From positions 94,021-158,020 of the forward strand of contig NZ_DGUZ01000012.1 of NCBI RefSeq assembly GCF_002394865.1: a stretch of 64,000 bases of DNA, in the 5' to 3' direction. The translations under genes were made by a program, and so were the position numbers. Source of the DNA: Fibrobacter sp. UBA4297. GTDB taxonomy: Bacteria > Fibrobacterota > Fibrobacteria > Fibrobacterales > Fibrobacteraceae. How positions within the stretch are numbered: position 1 is the stretch's first letter; every line of letters begins with the position of its first letter. Shown here piece after piece: positions 37,699-46,827 of the stretch. Below the pieces are notes generated by a model. It ran no database searches and was not told the origin of the DNA. It saw only the letters and a program-made list of their open reading frames with translations.

Positions 37699-40600
37699 CT
37701 ATTTTGCAGAGTCCGCAGCCGGCGCCACTGCCGTTTCTTCATCGACCTTGAGCGACTCGTCCGTAATCGCTTCGATTTGCTGGAGGCTCATCGCAAGGCG
37801 GCTTTGGCCCGGAGCATCGTAAGCCGGAATACTGTTCAAACCGCGCTTCACGACATCAATAGCCTTCTCCTTCATGCCTGCAGATGCATACACGTAAGAA
37901 GCGGCCCAGTAGTTACGCCATTCTCTCGGGAACTGGTAAATGCCAAGTTCCAGGTACTTGGCGGCATCCGTAGCGATGCGTTCAACTTCGGCCTTGTCGG
38001 CACTCGTAAACGGTTTCTTGGAGATAAGTGCTGCAATCTTTTCGCGGGCGTCGAACGAAATTTGCAGATAGAGCGAGACATAGCTACTGAGCAAGCGTTC
38101 GGTTTCGGAATTGATGTAAGCTGAACCGTCACCGAGACCGCGGAACTTGTACACGGTGTCGATCATAGCTGCAGTAACCTTGGCATCAAAAGCGTTCTGC
38201 TTCGGCGTGAGGTCGCCTTTCACAAAGTTGTAGACCATGCCTTCCTGGACCATGTACTTTTCGAGGCCCATGAAGTTAGACGTACCCACAGTCGTCGAGA
38301 TTTCGATTGGGCGGTCCATGTTCTGGAGAGCAAGGTCAATCACGAGCTTGTACTGCGTGAGCATCATGCCTGCCCGAGTTCTCTTAGCCCAATCCAGGAA
38401 CGCATCCCAAACCTGGTAATTCACCTTGAACTGGAGAAGCTTTGCGGAATCGGCTTCAGAGAGATAGCCCTTAGCTTCCAACTGGTCGATTCGTTCCTTG
38501 AGCTTCGGCTTCAAGTTTTCGGCACGGCGGACCCATGTAGACACCTGGTGGTTCGGGTTGTTCGCGCTACTATTGTCAAGGACCATATCATTATCGATCG
38601 TTTCCTTGTTGTACGAAAGCTTGAGGATTGGTTCGTTGGTAAGCATCTGCTTGATGTACCAGTCCGTATTGCCCAAGGAGAGGTTCACCACGCGCACATC
38701 CTTACGGATACCGGCAACTTCCTGAGCAAACCACAGCGGGAACGTGTCGTTATCGCCATTCGTGAAGAGGATGGCGTTCGGGCGGCAGCTGTTGAGGAGG
38801 TTGTAAGCGTAATCCCAAGGAACCCAGAGGCCGGAACGGTCATGTTCCTTGTAGTTCGAAATGCAGGGCACAAGGAACGAGACAAGCACGAGGGCGGCTG
38901 CAATCGGAGATGCAAAAGCCATAGTCGATGCGGATGTCGCCGCAAGCAACACGAGAATGCCCGCACCGATACCGTAAATCATGCTCATGAAAATGAATGC
39001 CGGCGTGTAGAAGTAATCACGTTCGCGGACTTCCATGTGGACAGCTTCTGGGAACGGGGCGCGCTGGCCAAAACGGGCAAAGCTTTCCTCAATCTTCTGC
39101 CAGTTTCTCCATGCGGCGGTATTTTCGGCAGCGCTAATCTTCCTTTCGAATTCAACAATCTGCGATGCCGGCGCATTACGCATGCGGAGACGTTCAATCC
39201 TGTACTTGGCAGTCTCAATCTCCTGGCGGAGGTCAATGAGTTCGTTCGGGTCCGGGAGAGACGTAATGCCCGCACCGGCGTTGTTCAGGTCGGCCACATT
39301 GCGCGTCATAGCGCTCACCCAGTAGTCGCGGTCGCGCTGTTCCATGCGGGTGCCATCGGCAAAGTTGATGTAGAACAGGAGGCCAAAAGAGCAAAGCGCA
39401 TAAAGCGCCGAAATAAAGATACCCACATGCTTGTTGCGCTTGTAAACGTACACGCAAGTTGCAACCAGGAGGCCGTTAAACAGCAAGAAGAAAAAGAGCT
39501 GCATAAAGGTATTGTCGCCCATGAACGACATCTGCGTCGGGAACTTGATTCCCAAACGTTCAATCGGTTCATTTTCGGAAGCATCAAAAGAGTAAACACC
39601 ATTAGCGTAATTCACCCCGCCCACCTTAGTCGGCAGATACTGGGCCATCTGGTAACCACCATAGCTCATGCTCGGGAAAGAGAGCACCTGGTGAGCAATC
39701 TGGGAACGACGGTAGAAAGCACGGGTAATCATGCTTTCGGAACCGTACTGCTTACGTTCGATAAACGCATTGAAGGCGTTCCAGTTCTTGCCGTCAAAGA
39801 GGTTACCAAGCTGGAGGTTGCCCTGTTCGTCGCGGATGTTCAGTTCCGGGTCGTTTTCGTCAATCGTCGGGTTGAGTTCCGAACGGATCGGGATGTAGAG
39901 GTGCGTGCTGTAGCCGACCAAAGCAAAGAACGCAAAAGCAAGCGAAAGCTTGAACGCATGGTTCACGCGAGCCGGGAAAACGCTACGGATAGCTGGCACA
40001 AAGACCACAAGAGAAAGTACGACAAGGCAGAAAAGCGAGATTTCAATGAAAGCAGAGACCATGTAAATCACGGAGCAGAGGAGCGTACCCGTAATCCAGA
40101 TAGGAATGCGTTCGACAATCTTTTTCGGCTGAGCCACGAGAAGCAAGGCAAACACAGCCGGCACCGTAAGCATCGTATAAAGGTGAGCGCCCACGCCAAG
40201 GAATGCGATATAGCAAATGAAGATGAGAATACGGTCGCTACCCGCCTCGTCACGCTTGTTGTACCACACCAAGCCGAGATAAGAGACAAGCATGAGGATG
40301 AACATGGCGACGCCATAGACTTCGGCTTCGACCGCATTGAACCAGAACGTATCGGAGAACGTGAGGAGGAAGCCAGCAACGAGAGCGGCCGTGCCAAGCA
40401 CAAACGTGCGCATCTTTTCCGAAATCTTTTCGGCAAGGGAATCCGTCTTGAGGACCGTCGCCAAAAGTTCCCAGGCAAAAAGCGCCGTCACATAGACCGT
40501 CGCGGCAGAACTCACCACGGAGATGTAGTTCACGCGCTTTGCAATCTCGCCCACGAACGGCAAAAGGAGAATGACCGCACGGGCAAGGAACACAAAGAAC

Positions 40601-40767
40601 GGCGTTCCAGGAGGGTGCGGAATGCCAAGCGTGTTAGCGCAAGCGACGAATTCACCGCAGTCCCAGAAAGAGACCGTCGGGGCCATCGTCATCATGTAAA
40701 CGATCAAAGCAATAAAGCCAGCGATACCGGCAAAGATGTGCTTATGCCACTTCTCGTTAATCTTCAT
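37699..40767 (-). CDS. DUF2723 / TMEM260-like GT-C-type membrane glycosyltransferase
   Basis: N-terminal signature APTVSFWDCGEFVACANTLGIPHPPGTPFF, about 11 or more TM helices, a large soluble C-terminal part and 1022 aa. Confidence 0.7.
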   Translation of the reverse strand: MKINEKWHKHIFAGIAGFIALIVYMMTMAPTVSFWDCGEFVACANTLGIPHPPGTPFFVFLARAVILLLPFVGEIAKRVNYISVVSSAATVYVTALFAWELLATVLKTDSLAEKISEKMRTFVLGTAALVAGFLLTFSDTFWFNAVEAEVYGVAMFILMLVSYLGLVWYNKRDEAGSDRILIFICYIAFLGVGAHLYTMLTVPAVFALLLVAQPKKIVERIPIWITGTLLCSVIYMVSAFIEISLFCLVVLSLVVFVPAIRSVFPARVNHAFKLSLAFAFFALVGYSTHLYIPIRSELNPTIDENDPELNIRDEQGNLQLGNLFDGKNWNAFNAFIERKQYGSESMITRAFYRRSQIAHQVLSFPSMSYGGYQMAQYLPTKVGGVNYANGVYSFDASENEPIERLGIKFPTQMSFMGDNTFMQLFFFLLFNGLLVATCVYVYKRNKHVGIFISALYALCSFGLLFYINFADGTRMEQRDRDYWVSAMTRNVADLNNAGAGITSLPDPNELIDLRQEIETAKYRIERLRMRNAPASQIVEFERKISAAENTAAWRNWQKIEESFARFGQRAPFPEAVHMEVRERDYFYTPAFIFMSMIYGIGAGILVLLAATSASTMAFASPIAAALVLVSFLVPCISNYKEHDRSGLWVPWDYAYNLLNSCRPNAILFTNGDNDTFPLWFAQEVAGIRKDVRVVNLSLGNTDWYIKQMLTNEPILKLSYNKETIDNDMVLDNSSANNPNHQVSTWVRRAENLKPKLKERIDQLEAKGYLSEADSAKLLQFKVNYQVWDAFLDWAKRTRAGMMLTQYKLVIDLALQNMDRPIEISTTVGTSNFMGLEKYMVQEGMVYNFVKGDLTPKQNAFDAKVTAAMIDTVYKFRGLGDGSAYINSETERLLSSYVSLYLQISFDAREKIAALISKKPFTSADKAEVERIATDAAKYLELGIYQFPREWRNYWAASYVYASAGMKEKAIDVVKRGLNSIPAYDAPGQSRLAMSLQQIEAITDESLKVDEETAVAPAADSAK

Positions 40768-40772
40768 AAAAA

Positions 40773-41213
40773 TTAAGCATCCTTCTTAGTATTGTTTGCA
40801 ACCATGCCACGCTTCTGCAAGAATCCGGCGAGGAGTCCGTTCACGAACGTGCCCGAAGAATCCGTACTGAACTTGGCGGCAATCTGAACGGCTTCAGAGA
40901 TGACCACCTTCATCGGGATTTCAGGAACATACAAAAGTTCAACCATCGCGATGCGCAGCACAATCCTGTCGAGAGTCGCCATGCGCTCAATTCCCCAATG
41001 AGCGGAGCAGGCTTCGATTTCGGAATCGAGTTCGGCCTTGTGAGCAAGGACCAAGTCGACAAGCTTCATGCCGTACTTTTTCATGTTGTCCTGAAGCGGC
41101 TGTGCTTCCAGAACGCCCGGGAGCGCATCGGCAACCGTACCGCCAGAAATTTCCATTGCATAAAGGAGCTGCATCGCAAAAACGCGAGCAGGTCTAAAAC
41201 TAATCTGAGCCAT
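40773..41213 (-). CDS. nusB: Transcription antitermination factor NusB
   Basis: 146 aa in the canonical position downstream of ribH. Confidence 0.8.
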   Translation of the reverse strand: MAQISFRPARVFAMQLLYAMEISGGTVADALPGVLEAQPLQDNMKKYGMKLVDLVLAHKAELDSEIEACSAHWGIERMATLDRIVLRIAMVELLYVPEIPMKVVISEAVQIAAKFSTDSSGTFVNGLLAGFLQKRGMVANNTKKDA

Positions 41214-41215
41214 AA

Positions 41216-41683
41216 TTACTTTCCAACCTGTTTGTAAAGATTTACCATTTCGACGGCAGTTCTTGCCCAGTTGCAGCCGAGGTTTCCAGCCTTGAGGCCA
41301 GCGCGGTTCATCGCCTGGTCGACCGTGTCGGTCGTTAAGATTCCGAGAATCACCGGGACCTTGCCTTCGGCAGCGAGCGATGCGATTCCGCCCGTAGAAT
41401 TGTTCACGACAACGTCATAGTGTCCCGTTTCGCCACGGATAACGGCACCGAGAGCAATCACGGCATCGTACTTGCCAGAATCCACAAACCTGCGGCAGAG
41501 GCCCGGCAGTTCAAAAGCACCCGGCACATGAGCCACAGCGATATCGTCGCTATCGATGCCGAGCGTTTCTAGTTCACGGACTGCGCCTTCGAGGAGGCGG
41601 TCGGTTACCACTTCGTTAAAACGGGCAACGGCAATCGCGACCTTCAAACCAGAACCATTGAGGGAATTTTTGAATTCTTTCAT
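41216..41683 (-). CDS. ribH: 6,7-dimethyl-8-ribityllumazine synthase
   Basis: KVAIAVARFN start block. It is 155 aa from MKEFKNS; the ORF track alternative starts at 41698. Confidence 0.85.
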   Translation of the reverse strand: MKEFKNSLNGSGLKVAIAVARFNEVVTDRLLEGAVRELETLGIDSDDIAVAHVPGAFELPGLCRRFVDSGKYDAVIALGAVIRGETGHYDVVVNNSTGGIASLAAEGKVPVILGILTTDTVDQAMNRAGLKAGNLGCNWARTAVEMVNLYKQVGK

Positions 41684-41684
41684 C

Positions 41685-42932
41685 TTATTTTCCTTCATCT
41701 AAAACTTCGGCTGCGCCATGATCGGCATTGTCGAGATGGAGCTCGTGGCCCATCTTTTCTTTCTTGGTGCGCAGGTAAAAACGGTTGATGTTGTTGGGCT
41801 TGACTTCGATAGGCACGCGTTCCACGATCTTGAGACCGTAGGCGGAAATACCAGAAATCTTGCTCGGATTGTTCGTGAGGAGTCGCATTTCCTTCACGCC
41901 GAGGTCTGCCAAAATTTGGGCACCCGTACCATACTGGCGCAAATCGGACTTGAACCCAAGGTGGAGGTTCGCCTCGACCGTATCCAAGCCCTTTTCTTGC
42001 AATTCGTACGCGCGGAGCTTGTTGCAAAGACCAATGCCACGGCCTTCCTGACCGCGCATGTAGAGGAACACGCCACCATGTTCGCCAATGAACTTCATGG
42101 CTGCGGCAAGCTGGTCACCGCAATCGCAACGGAGGCTACCGAAAATATCGCCCGTGAGGCATTCGCTGTGGACGCGCACATAAACCGGCTTACTGAAGTC
42201 CGGATTACCGGCAACCCAGGCCACATGTTCAACGCCATCAGTCTTGCTGCGGTAGGCATAAGCCGTGAAATCGCCGTACTTGGTCGAAACGTGCGGAGCG
42301 GCTACGCGCTGCACCAGCTTTTCCGTTTTCAGGCGGTAGTCAATCAAGTCGCGGATGGAGATAATCTTGAGGTCGAACTTCTTGGCGACTTCCTGGAGCT
42401 GCGGCATACGGGCCATCGTGCCGTCTTCGTTCATGATTTCGATGAGGGCGGCAGCCGGGCGGAGACCGGCGAGCTTTGTAAGGTCCACTGCAGCTTCGGT
42501 GTGGCCTGCACGGCGCAAAACGCCTTCTTCCTGGGCGTAAAGCGGAGAAATGTGCCCCGGGCGGCCAAAGTCGCTAGGCTTGGAATTCGGGTCGGCGAGA
42601 GCCTGGATCGTTGCGGCACGGTCATGGGCAGAAACGCCTGTAGTGCATCCTTCGAGTTTATCGACCATGACGGTGAACGGAGTGCCGAGCATGGAAGTGT
42701 TTTCGGCAGTCTGACGCGTGAGATTCAATTCACGGCAACGAGAAATAGGAAGCGGGCAGCAAAGCACGCCACGCCCCTCGTGGAGCATAAAGTTCACCTT
42801 TTCGGGAGTGATTTTTTCGGCGGCGATAATGAAATCGCCCTCATTTTCACGGTCTTCGTCATCAACCACGACCAAGAACTTACCGTTCTTGAAATCTTCA
42901 ATGGCCTCTTCAATCGTATTAAGCAAGGTCAC
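41685..42932 (-). CDS. ribBA: Bifunctional DHBP synthase / GTP cyclohydrolase II
   Basis: ENEGD and HTEA blocks (RibB) plus the CxCG cluster [10 protein letters not shown] (RibA), with 415 aa. Confidence 0.9.
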   Translation of the reverse strand: MTLLNTIEEAIEDFKNGKFLVVVDDEDRENEGDFIIAAEKITPEKVNFMLHEGRGVLCCPLPISRCRELNLTRQTAENTSMLGTPFTVMVDKLEGCTTGVSAHDRAATIQALADPNSKPSDFGRPGHISPLYAQEEGVLRRAGHTEAAVDLTKLAGLRPAAALIEIMNEDGTMARMPQLQEVAKKFDLKIISIRDLIDYRLKTEKLVQRVAAPHVSTKYGDFTAYAYRSKTDGVEHVAWVAGNPDFSKPVYVRVHSECLTGDIFGSLRCDCGDQLAAAMKFIGEHGGVFLYMRGQEGRGIGLCNKLRAYELQEKGLDTVEANLHLGFKSDLRQYGTGAQILADLGVKEMRLLTNNPSKISGISAYGLKIVERVPIEVKPNNINRFYLRTKKEKMGHELHLDNADHGAAEVLDEGK

Positions 42933-43518
42933 GTTCCTTTAGATAGTTTTCAATATATTTGCCGAGCATATCGACTTCCACATTCACTATGGTGCCAGGC
43001 ACCCAGTTCCTGAGATTCGTGCGGGCTAAAGTATCGGGAATAATGCAAACGCGGATGAAATCCTCCCCCTTTTCGGCCACCGTAAGGCTAATGCCGTTCA
43101 AGGAGATGGAACCGCGACGGATGACATAGCGGCGCAGGTCTTTTGGCAGAGCCAAGTCGACCTCCACACCCGTTTCGCGCGGAGTGACGCGCAAGACTTC
43201 CGTAGTCGAGTCCACATGCCCCATTACAAAGTGACCGCCCATAAAGCTATCGGCACGGCAAGGATACTCGAGATTCACGAGATCCCCGACTTTCGCCTGC
43301 TTAAAGGACGTATTCACGACAGTCTGGTGCATGAGACAGAACGTAGCCTCGTCTGCGCTGCAACTTTCAATAGATAGACAGACACCGTTATTCGCGATGC
43401 TGTCGCCCAGTTTGCTGTTTTTGAAGAATCCAGGCGATTTCATGCGCATGGTAAGCGCATCACCCCTGTTTTCAAGGGAAACGATTTCGCCGGTTGCTTG
43501 AATTATACCCGTAAACAT
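42919..43518 (-). CDS. ribE: Riboflavin synthase alpha chain
   Basis: Canonical [12 protein letters not shown] start and 199 aa. Confidence 0.85.
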   Translation of the reverse strand: MFTGIIQATGEIVSLENRGDALTMRMKSPGFFKNSKLGDSIANNGVCLSIESCSADEATFCLMHQTVVNTSFKQAKVGDLVNLEYPCRADSFMGGHFVMGHVDSTTEVLRVTPRETGVEVDLALPKDLRRYVIRRGSISLNGISLTVAEKGEDFIRVCIIPDTLARTNLRNWVPGTIVNVEVDMLGKYIENYLKERDLA

Positions 43519-43524
43519 ACGCGA

Positions 43525-43532
43525 CAAATGTA
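43525..43532 (-). promoter_or_regulatory. -7-type box TACATTTG, 6 nt from the ribE ATG
   Basis: Exact TAnnTTTG. The 15-nt TTTTTTCTACATTTG is shared with the slyD cassette. Confidence 0.45.
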
Positions 43533-43588
43533 GAAAAAAACTTACCCGTCCATTTTTTCCCATTCGCCGACAAAGCGCTTTTAGGAAT

Positions 43589-44773
43589 CTAGAACTTTCG
43601 CCACACCATCTTGTTGACGATGCCAGTGTAGCTCTGGATGATCTTTACGACCTTGGTCGAGACGTTTTCTTCGATGTAGTCGGGCACGGGGATGCCGTAG
43701 TCGCCGTTGGCATTCATCGTGACGGCGGTATCGACGGCCTGGAGCAAAGACTTTTCGTCAATTCCCGCGATAAAGAAGCAGGCCTTGTCAAGCGCTTCGG
43801 GACGTTCCGTGCTGGTGCGAATGCAGATTGCCGGGAACGGGTGACCGACGCTTGTGAAGAAGGAGCTTTCTTCAGGGAGTGTGCCACTGTCACTCACGAC
43901 GGCGAAAGCGTTCATCTGCAAGCAGTTGTAATCGTGGAATCCGAGCGGTTCGTGCTGAATCACGCGTTTGTCAAGCTTGAAGCCCGAGGCGGCGAGGCGG
44001 TTACGGCTGCGCGGGTGGCAGCTGTAAAGAATCGGCATGTCGTACTTTTCGGCCATTTTGTTGATGGCGGTAAAGAGGCTCGTGAAGTTCTTTTCGGTGT
44101 CGATGTTTTCTTCGCGGTGGGCGCTGAGCAGAATGTACTTACCTTTTTCGAGGCCAAGACGTTTGTGAATGTCACTAGCCTCGATTGCAGACAAGTTCTT
44201 GTGCAAGACTTCGGCCATGGGGCTGCCGGTTACGTATGTGCGTTCCTTGGGCAGGCCGCAGTCGGCCAGGTAGCGGCGAGCATGTTCGGAATAGGCCATG
44301 TTCACGTCGCTGATGATGTCCACGATGCGGCGGTTGGTCTCTTCGGGCAGGCACTCGTCCTTGCAGCGGTTGCCAGCTTCCATGTGGAAAATTGGGATGT
44401 GCAGGCGTTTAGCGGCAATCGCCGAAAGGCAACTGTTGGTGTCGCCGAGAATCAGCAATGCGTCCGGCTTGCAAGCGACCATGAGCTTGTAGCTGCAATT
44501 GATGATGTTACCCACGGTTGCACCGAGATCGTCACCGACGGCATCCATGTAGACTTCGGGATCCTTGAGGCTCAAGTCCTTGAAGAAAACGCCGTTCAGG
44601 TTGTAATCGTAGTTTTGACCGGTATGTGCCAAAACGCAGTCAAAGTACTTGCGGCACTTGTCAATAACTGCTGCGAGGCGGATGATTTCCGGGCGCGTAC
44701 CCACGATAATCAAAAGTTTCAGCTTGCCGTTGTCGGCAAATTTCACGTCGGTGTAGTCTGTTTTTATCTGCAT
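43589..44773 (-). CDS. fnlC: UDP-N-acetylglucosamine 2-epimerase family (FnlC/Cap5G-like)
   Basis: WecB-family block IVGTRPEIIRL and the synteny with fnlA/B-like genes. Confidence 0.7.
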   Translation of the reverse strand: MQIKTDYTDVKFADNGKLKLLIIVGTRPEIIRLAAVIDKCRKYFDCVLAHTGQNYDYNLNGVFFKDLSLKDPEVYMDAVGDDLGATVGNIINCSYKLMVACKPDALLILGDTNSCLSAIAAKRLHIPIFHMEAGNRCKDECLPEETNRRIVDIISDVNMAYSEHARRYLADCGLPKERTYVTGSPMAEVLHKNLSAIEASDIHKRLGLEKGKYILLSAHREENIDTEKNFTSLFTAINKMAEKYDMPILYSCHPRSRNRLAASGFKLDKRVIQHEPLGFHDYNCLQMNAFAVVSDSGTLPEESSFFTSVGHPFPAICIRTSTERPEALDKACFFIAGIDEKSLLQAVDTAVTMNANGDYGIPVPDYIEENVSTKVVKIIQSYTGIVNKMVWRKF

Positions 44774-44809
44774 AATATTTTTCCTAGATCCTGCTCCTTC
44801 GAACCTAAT

Positions 44810-44838
44810 TCAACTAAGGCAACAAGTTGCCAAGTTTC
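44810..44838 (+). repeat. 29-nt repeat (second copy)
   Basis: Identical to 17913-17941. Confidence 0.8.
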
Positions 44839-44844
44839 ATATAT

Positions 44845-44890
44845 CGACTCCGGCCCTTCGACAAGCTCAGGGACCTTCGCTCAGGATGAC
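44845..44890 (-). repeat. GTCATCCTGAGCGAAGG-type 3'-UTR element
   Basis: The minus strand reads GTCATCCTGAGCGAAGGTCCCTGAGCTTGTCGAAGGGCCGGAGTCG. It lies directly after the fnlB stop. Confidence 0.6.
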
Positions 44891-44895
44891 ACGCG

Positions 44896-46125
44896 CTATT
44901 TTACCACTTTCTCCCCGAAGGTATCCGGGTGGTTCGGGTCAAACTGCTCGTTAGCCCACATGACGGTCACCAGATTTTCGGTATCAGACAAATTAATAAT
45001 ATTGTGGGTGTAGCCGGGCAACATGTGCACAGCTTCGATCTTGTCGCCGCTCACTTCGAATTCCATAATTTCATCCGTGCCGATCTTGCGTTCCTGAATC
45101 AAGGCGCGACCGCTCACGACAATGAAGAATTCCCACTTGCTGTGGTGCCAATGTTCACCCTTGGTGATTCCCGGCTTGGACACGTTCACGCTGAACTGGC
45201 CACAATTCACAGTCTTCAAAAGTTCGGTAAAACTACCGCGAGCATCCACGTTCATCTTGAGCGGGAACGAGACCTTTTCCTTGGGCAAGTAGCTCAAGTA
45301 GGTGGAGTAAAGCTTTTTTTCGAAACTGTTGTTCGGGATTTCCGGCATTACAAGCGTATTCGGCTGGTCGTGGAACTTGTTCAGCAAATCCACGATGGCT
45401 CCGAGCTTAATCTTGTGAACCGTCGGGACATGGCAATAGATTGCTTCGTCGCTACGCTCCCCGCAATGACGAGAGCAAGGCACTACATTGATTCCGTCAA
45501 AGGTACAGTAATGTTCCCCGCCCTTCAAGGCGGCAATCATTTCTTCGACGAGGTCGTCAATGTAGAGGAGTTCCATATCCACGTTCGGGTCGTTCACCTG
45601 AATCGGCAAGTCATTTGCGATGTTGTTGCAGAACGTCGCCACGGCGCTGTTGTAGTTCGGGCGGCACCACTTTCCGAATAAGTTCGGGAAACGATACACC
45701 AAAACCTTCGCGCCAGTTTCACGGCTGTATTCAAAGAACAGCTCCTCGCCCGCTTTTTTGCTACGGCCATATTCGCTGTTGCCAAAGCGGCCCGCAAGCG
45801 TCGCCTGAATGCTACTGCTGAGCATCACCGGACACAAATTCTTGTGGCGCTTGAGCGTTTCCAGAAGGTCGCTTGCAAAGCCGAAGTTGCCCGCCATGAA
45901 TTCGCTGTTGTCCTTCGGGCGGTTCACGCCAGCAAGGTTGAACACGAAGTCAGCATGCAGGCAGGCATCATCAAGTTCTGCCAAAGTCGAATCGATATCG
46001 TATTCGTAGATATCGCCAATGACCAAATCACCACGAGTGCGGTCCTTGCCATCGCGAATGTTCTTGAGCGCCGCAACCAAGTTGCGGCCTACAAACCCCT
46101 TTGCGCCAGTCACCAATATATTCAT
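44896..46125 (-). CDS. fnlB: FnlB/Cap5F/WbjC-like reductase-epimerase (SDR + cupin) carrying an in-frame insertion
   Basis: Blocks ILVTGAKGFVG, NLFGKWCRPNYNS, YSTYLSYLP and GITKGEHWHH. The ATG at 46125 lies 2 nt after the PIN gene stop. Confidence 0.7.
   Translation of the reverse strand: MNILVTGAKGFVGRNLVAALKNIRDGKDRTRGDLVIGDIYEYDIDSTLAELDDACLHADFVFNLAGVNRPKDNSEFMAGNFGFASDLLETLKRHKNLCPVMLSSSIQATLAGRFGNSEYGRSKKAGEELFFEYSRETGAKVLVYRFPNLFGKWCRPNYNSAVATFCNNIANDLPIQVNDPNVDMELLYIDDLVEEMIAALKGGEHYCTFDGINVVPCSRHCGERSDEAIYCHVPTVHKIKLGAIVDLLNKFHDQPNTLVMPEIPNNSFEKKLYSTYLSYLPKEKVSFPLKMNVDARGSFTELLKTVNCGQFSVNVSKPGITKGEHWHHSKWEFFIVVSGRALIQERKIGTDEIMEFEVSGDKIEAVHMLPGYTHNIINLSDTENLVTVMWANEQFDPNHPDTFGEKVVK
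45439..45470 (-). repeat. GTCATTGCG...GAAGCAATC element embedded in-frame in fnlB
   Basis: The minus strand reads GTCATTGCGGGGAGCGTAGCGACGAAGCAATC and resembles 51805-51830. It is translated as SRHCGERSDEAI. Confidence 0.6.
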
Positions 46126-46127
46126 AT

Positions 46128-46550
46128 TCACGAAACCATAGACAAGGCATCCTTCGCAGAAAGCGCCTTGACCCTAGAAAACTTAAAATCCTTTATATTT
46201 TCTGTTACTATAAAGTCAACACGTTCCCGTGCGGCGCACTCCATCTGCAAGCCATCTTCAAGGTCCTTGCAATTTGGATCTGCTAATACAGCAGAGAACA
46301 TATCAGAACTTTCTTCAACAACATTAAAACGCGACAAAATCAGCTGAAGGAACAGCCGACGTTCCTCCACGGAAAAATGCTTGCGCGTGATATAAAACAA
46401 ATCCGTCAGAGAATGCGAACTGACAAAACCCGCAACATAGCCCATCAGACAACTCTTTATCAGCAGTGAAGATTCGTAGTGGCCGGTATTATCGGCAATA
46501 AGCCAGTTGGCAAAAATATTCGTGTCAACAAAAAGCTTAGTCAAGACCAT
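46128..46550 (-). CDS. vapC: PIN-domain toxin (VapC-like)
   Basis: LFVDTNIF (first acidic residue), DLEDGLQ and DFIVTENIKDF, with about 140 aa. It overlaps the upstream small gene by 14 nt. Confidence 0.7.
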   Translation of the reverse strand: MVLTKLFVDTNIFANWLIADNTGHYESSLLIKSCLMGYVAGFVSSHSLTDLFYITRKHFSVEERRLFLQLILSRFNVVEESSDMFSAVLADPNCKDLEDGLQMECAARERVDFIVTENIKDFKFSRVKALSAKDALSMVS

Positions 46551-46776
46551 ACCTCTCATCAAGGTAATCCAATTTTTCCTTGCGACAATCCATCACCGCG
46601 GCAGATTTGATACAGCCAGTGAACCTGCCGTACAGTTCATTCACCCTAGCATCGCTCATTTCGGGCTTGCGGAAACTGCGGATAGAATCAAGAACTGCAG
46701 CAAGAACACGGAGCTTTTCATCAAAGGAAAGCTCCCCCACTTCGTCTATGAATGTCTGCAGTTCTGTATTTGACAT
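46537..46776 (-). CDS. Putative antitoxin (family not recognised)
   Basis: 79-aa ORF overlapping the PIN gene start. A GGAG SD lies 11 nt upstream of the ATG at 46776. Confidence 0.5.
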   Translation of the reverse strand: MSNTELQTFIDEVGELSFDEKLRVLAAVLDSIRSFRKPEMSDARVNELYGRFTGCIKSAAVMDCRKEKLDYLDERYGLD

Positions 46777-46827
46777 GACACTATTACTCCGACTATAATC
46801 CAATATACATTCATTTTGTTGGTGTAG

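Noticed and set aside
36751-40776. 457-aa and 742-aa plus-strand ORFs opposite the GT2 and DUF2723 genes
   Set aside because: They are antisense shadows. The minus-strand products have clear GT2 and DUF2723 signatures and TM periodicity.
43519-43588. FMN riboswitch upstream of the rib operon
   Set aside because: Only 70 nt separate the fnlC stop and the ribE ATG. None of the conserved FMN-element segments are visible, and the space is occupied by a promoter box abutting the ATG.
41718-45013. 431-aa and 390-aa plus-strand ORFs opposite ribBA and fnlC
   Set aside because: They are antisense shadows of well-supported genes.
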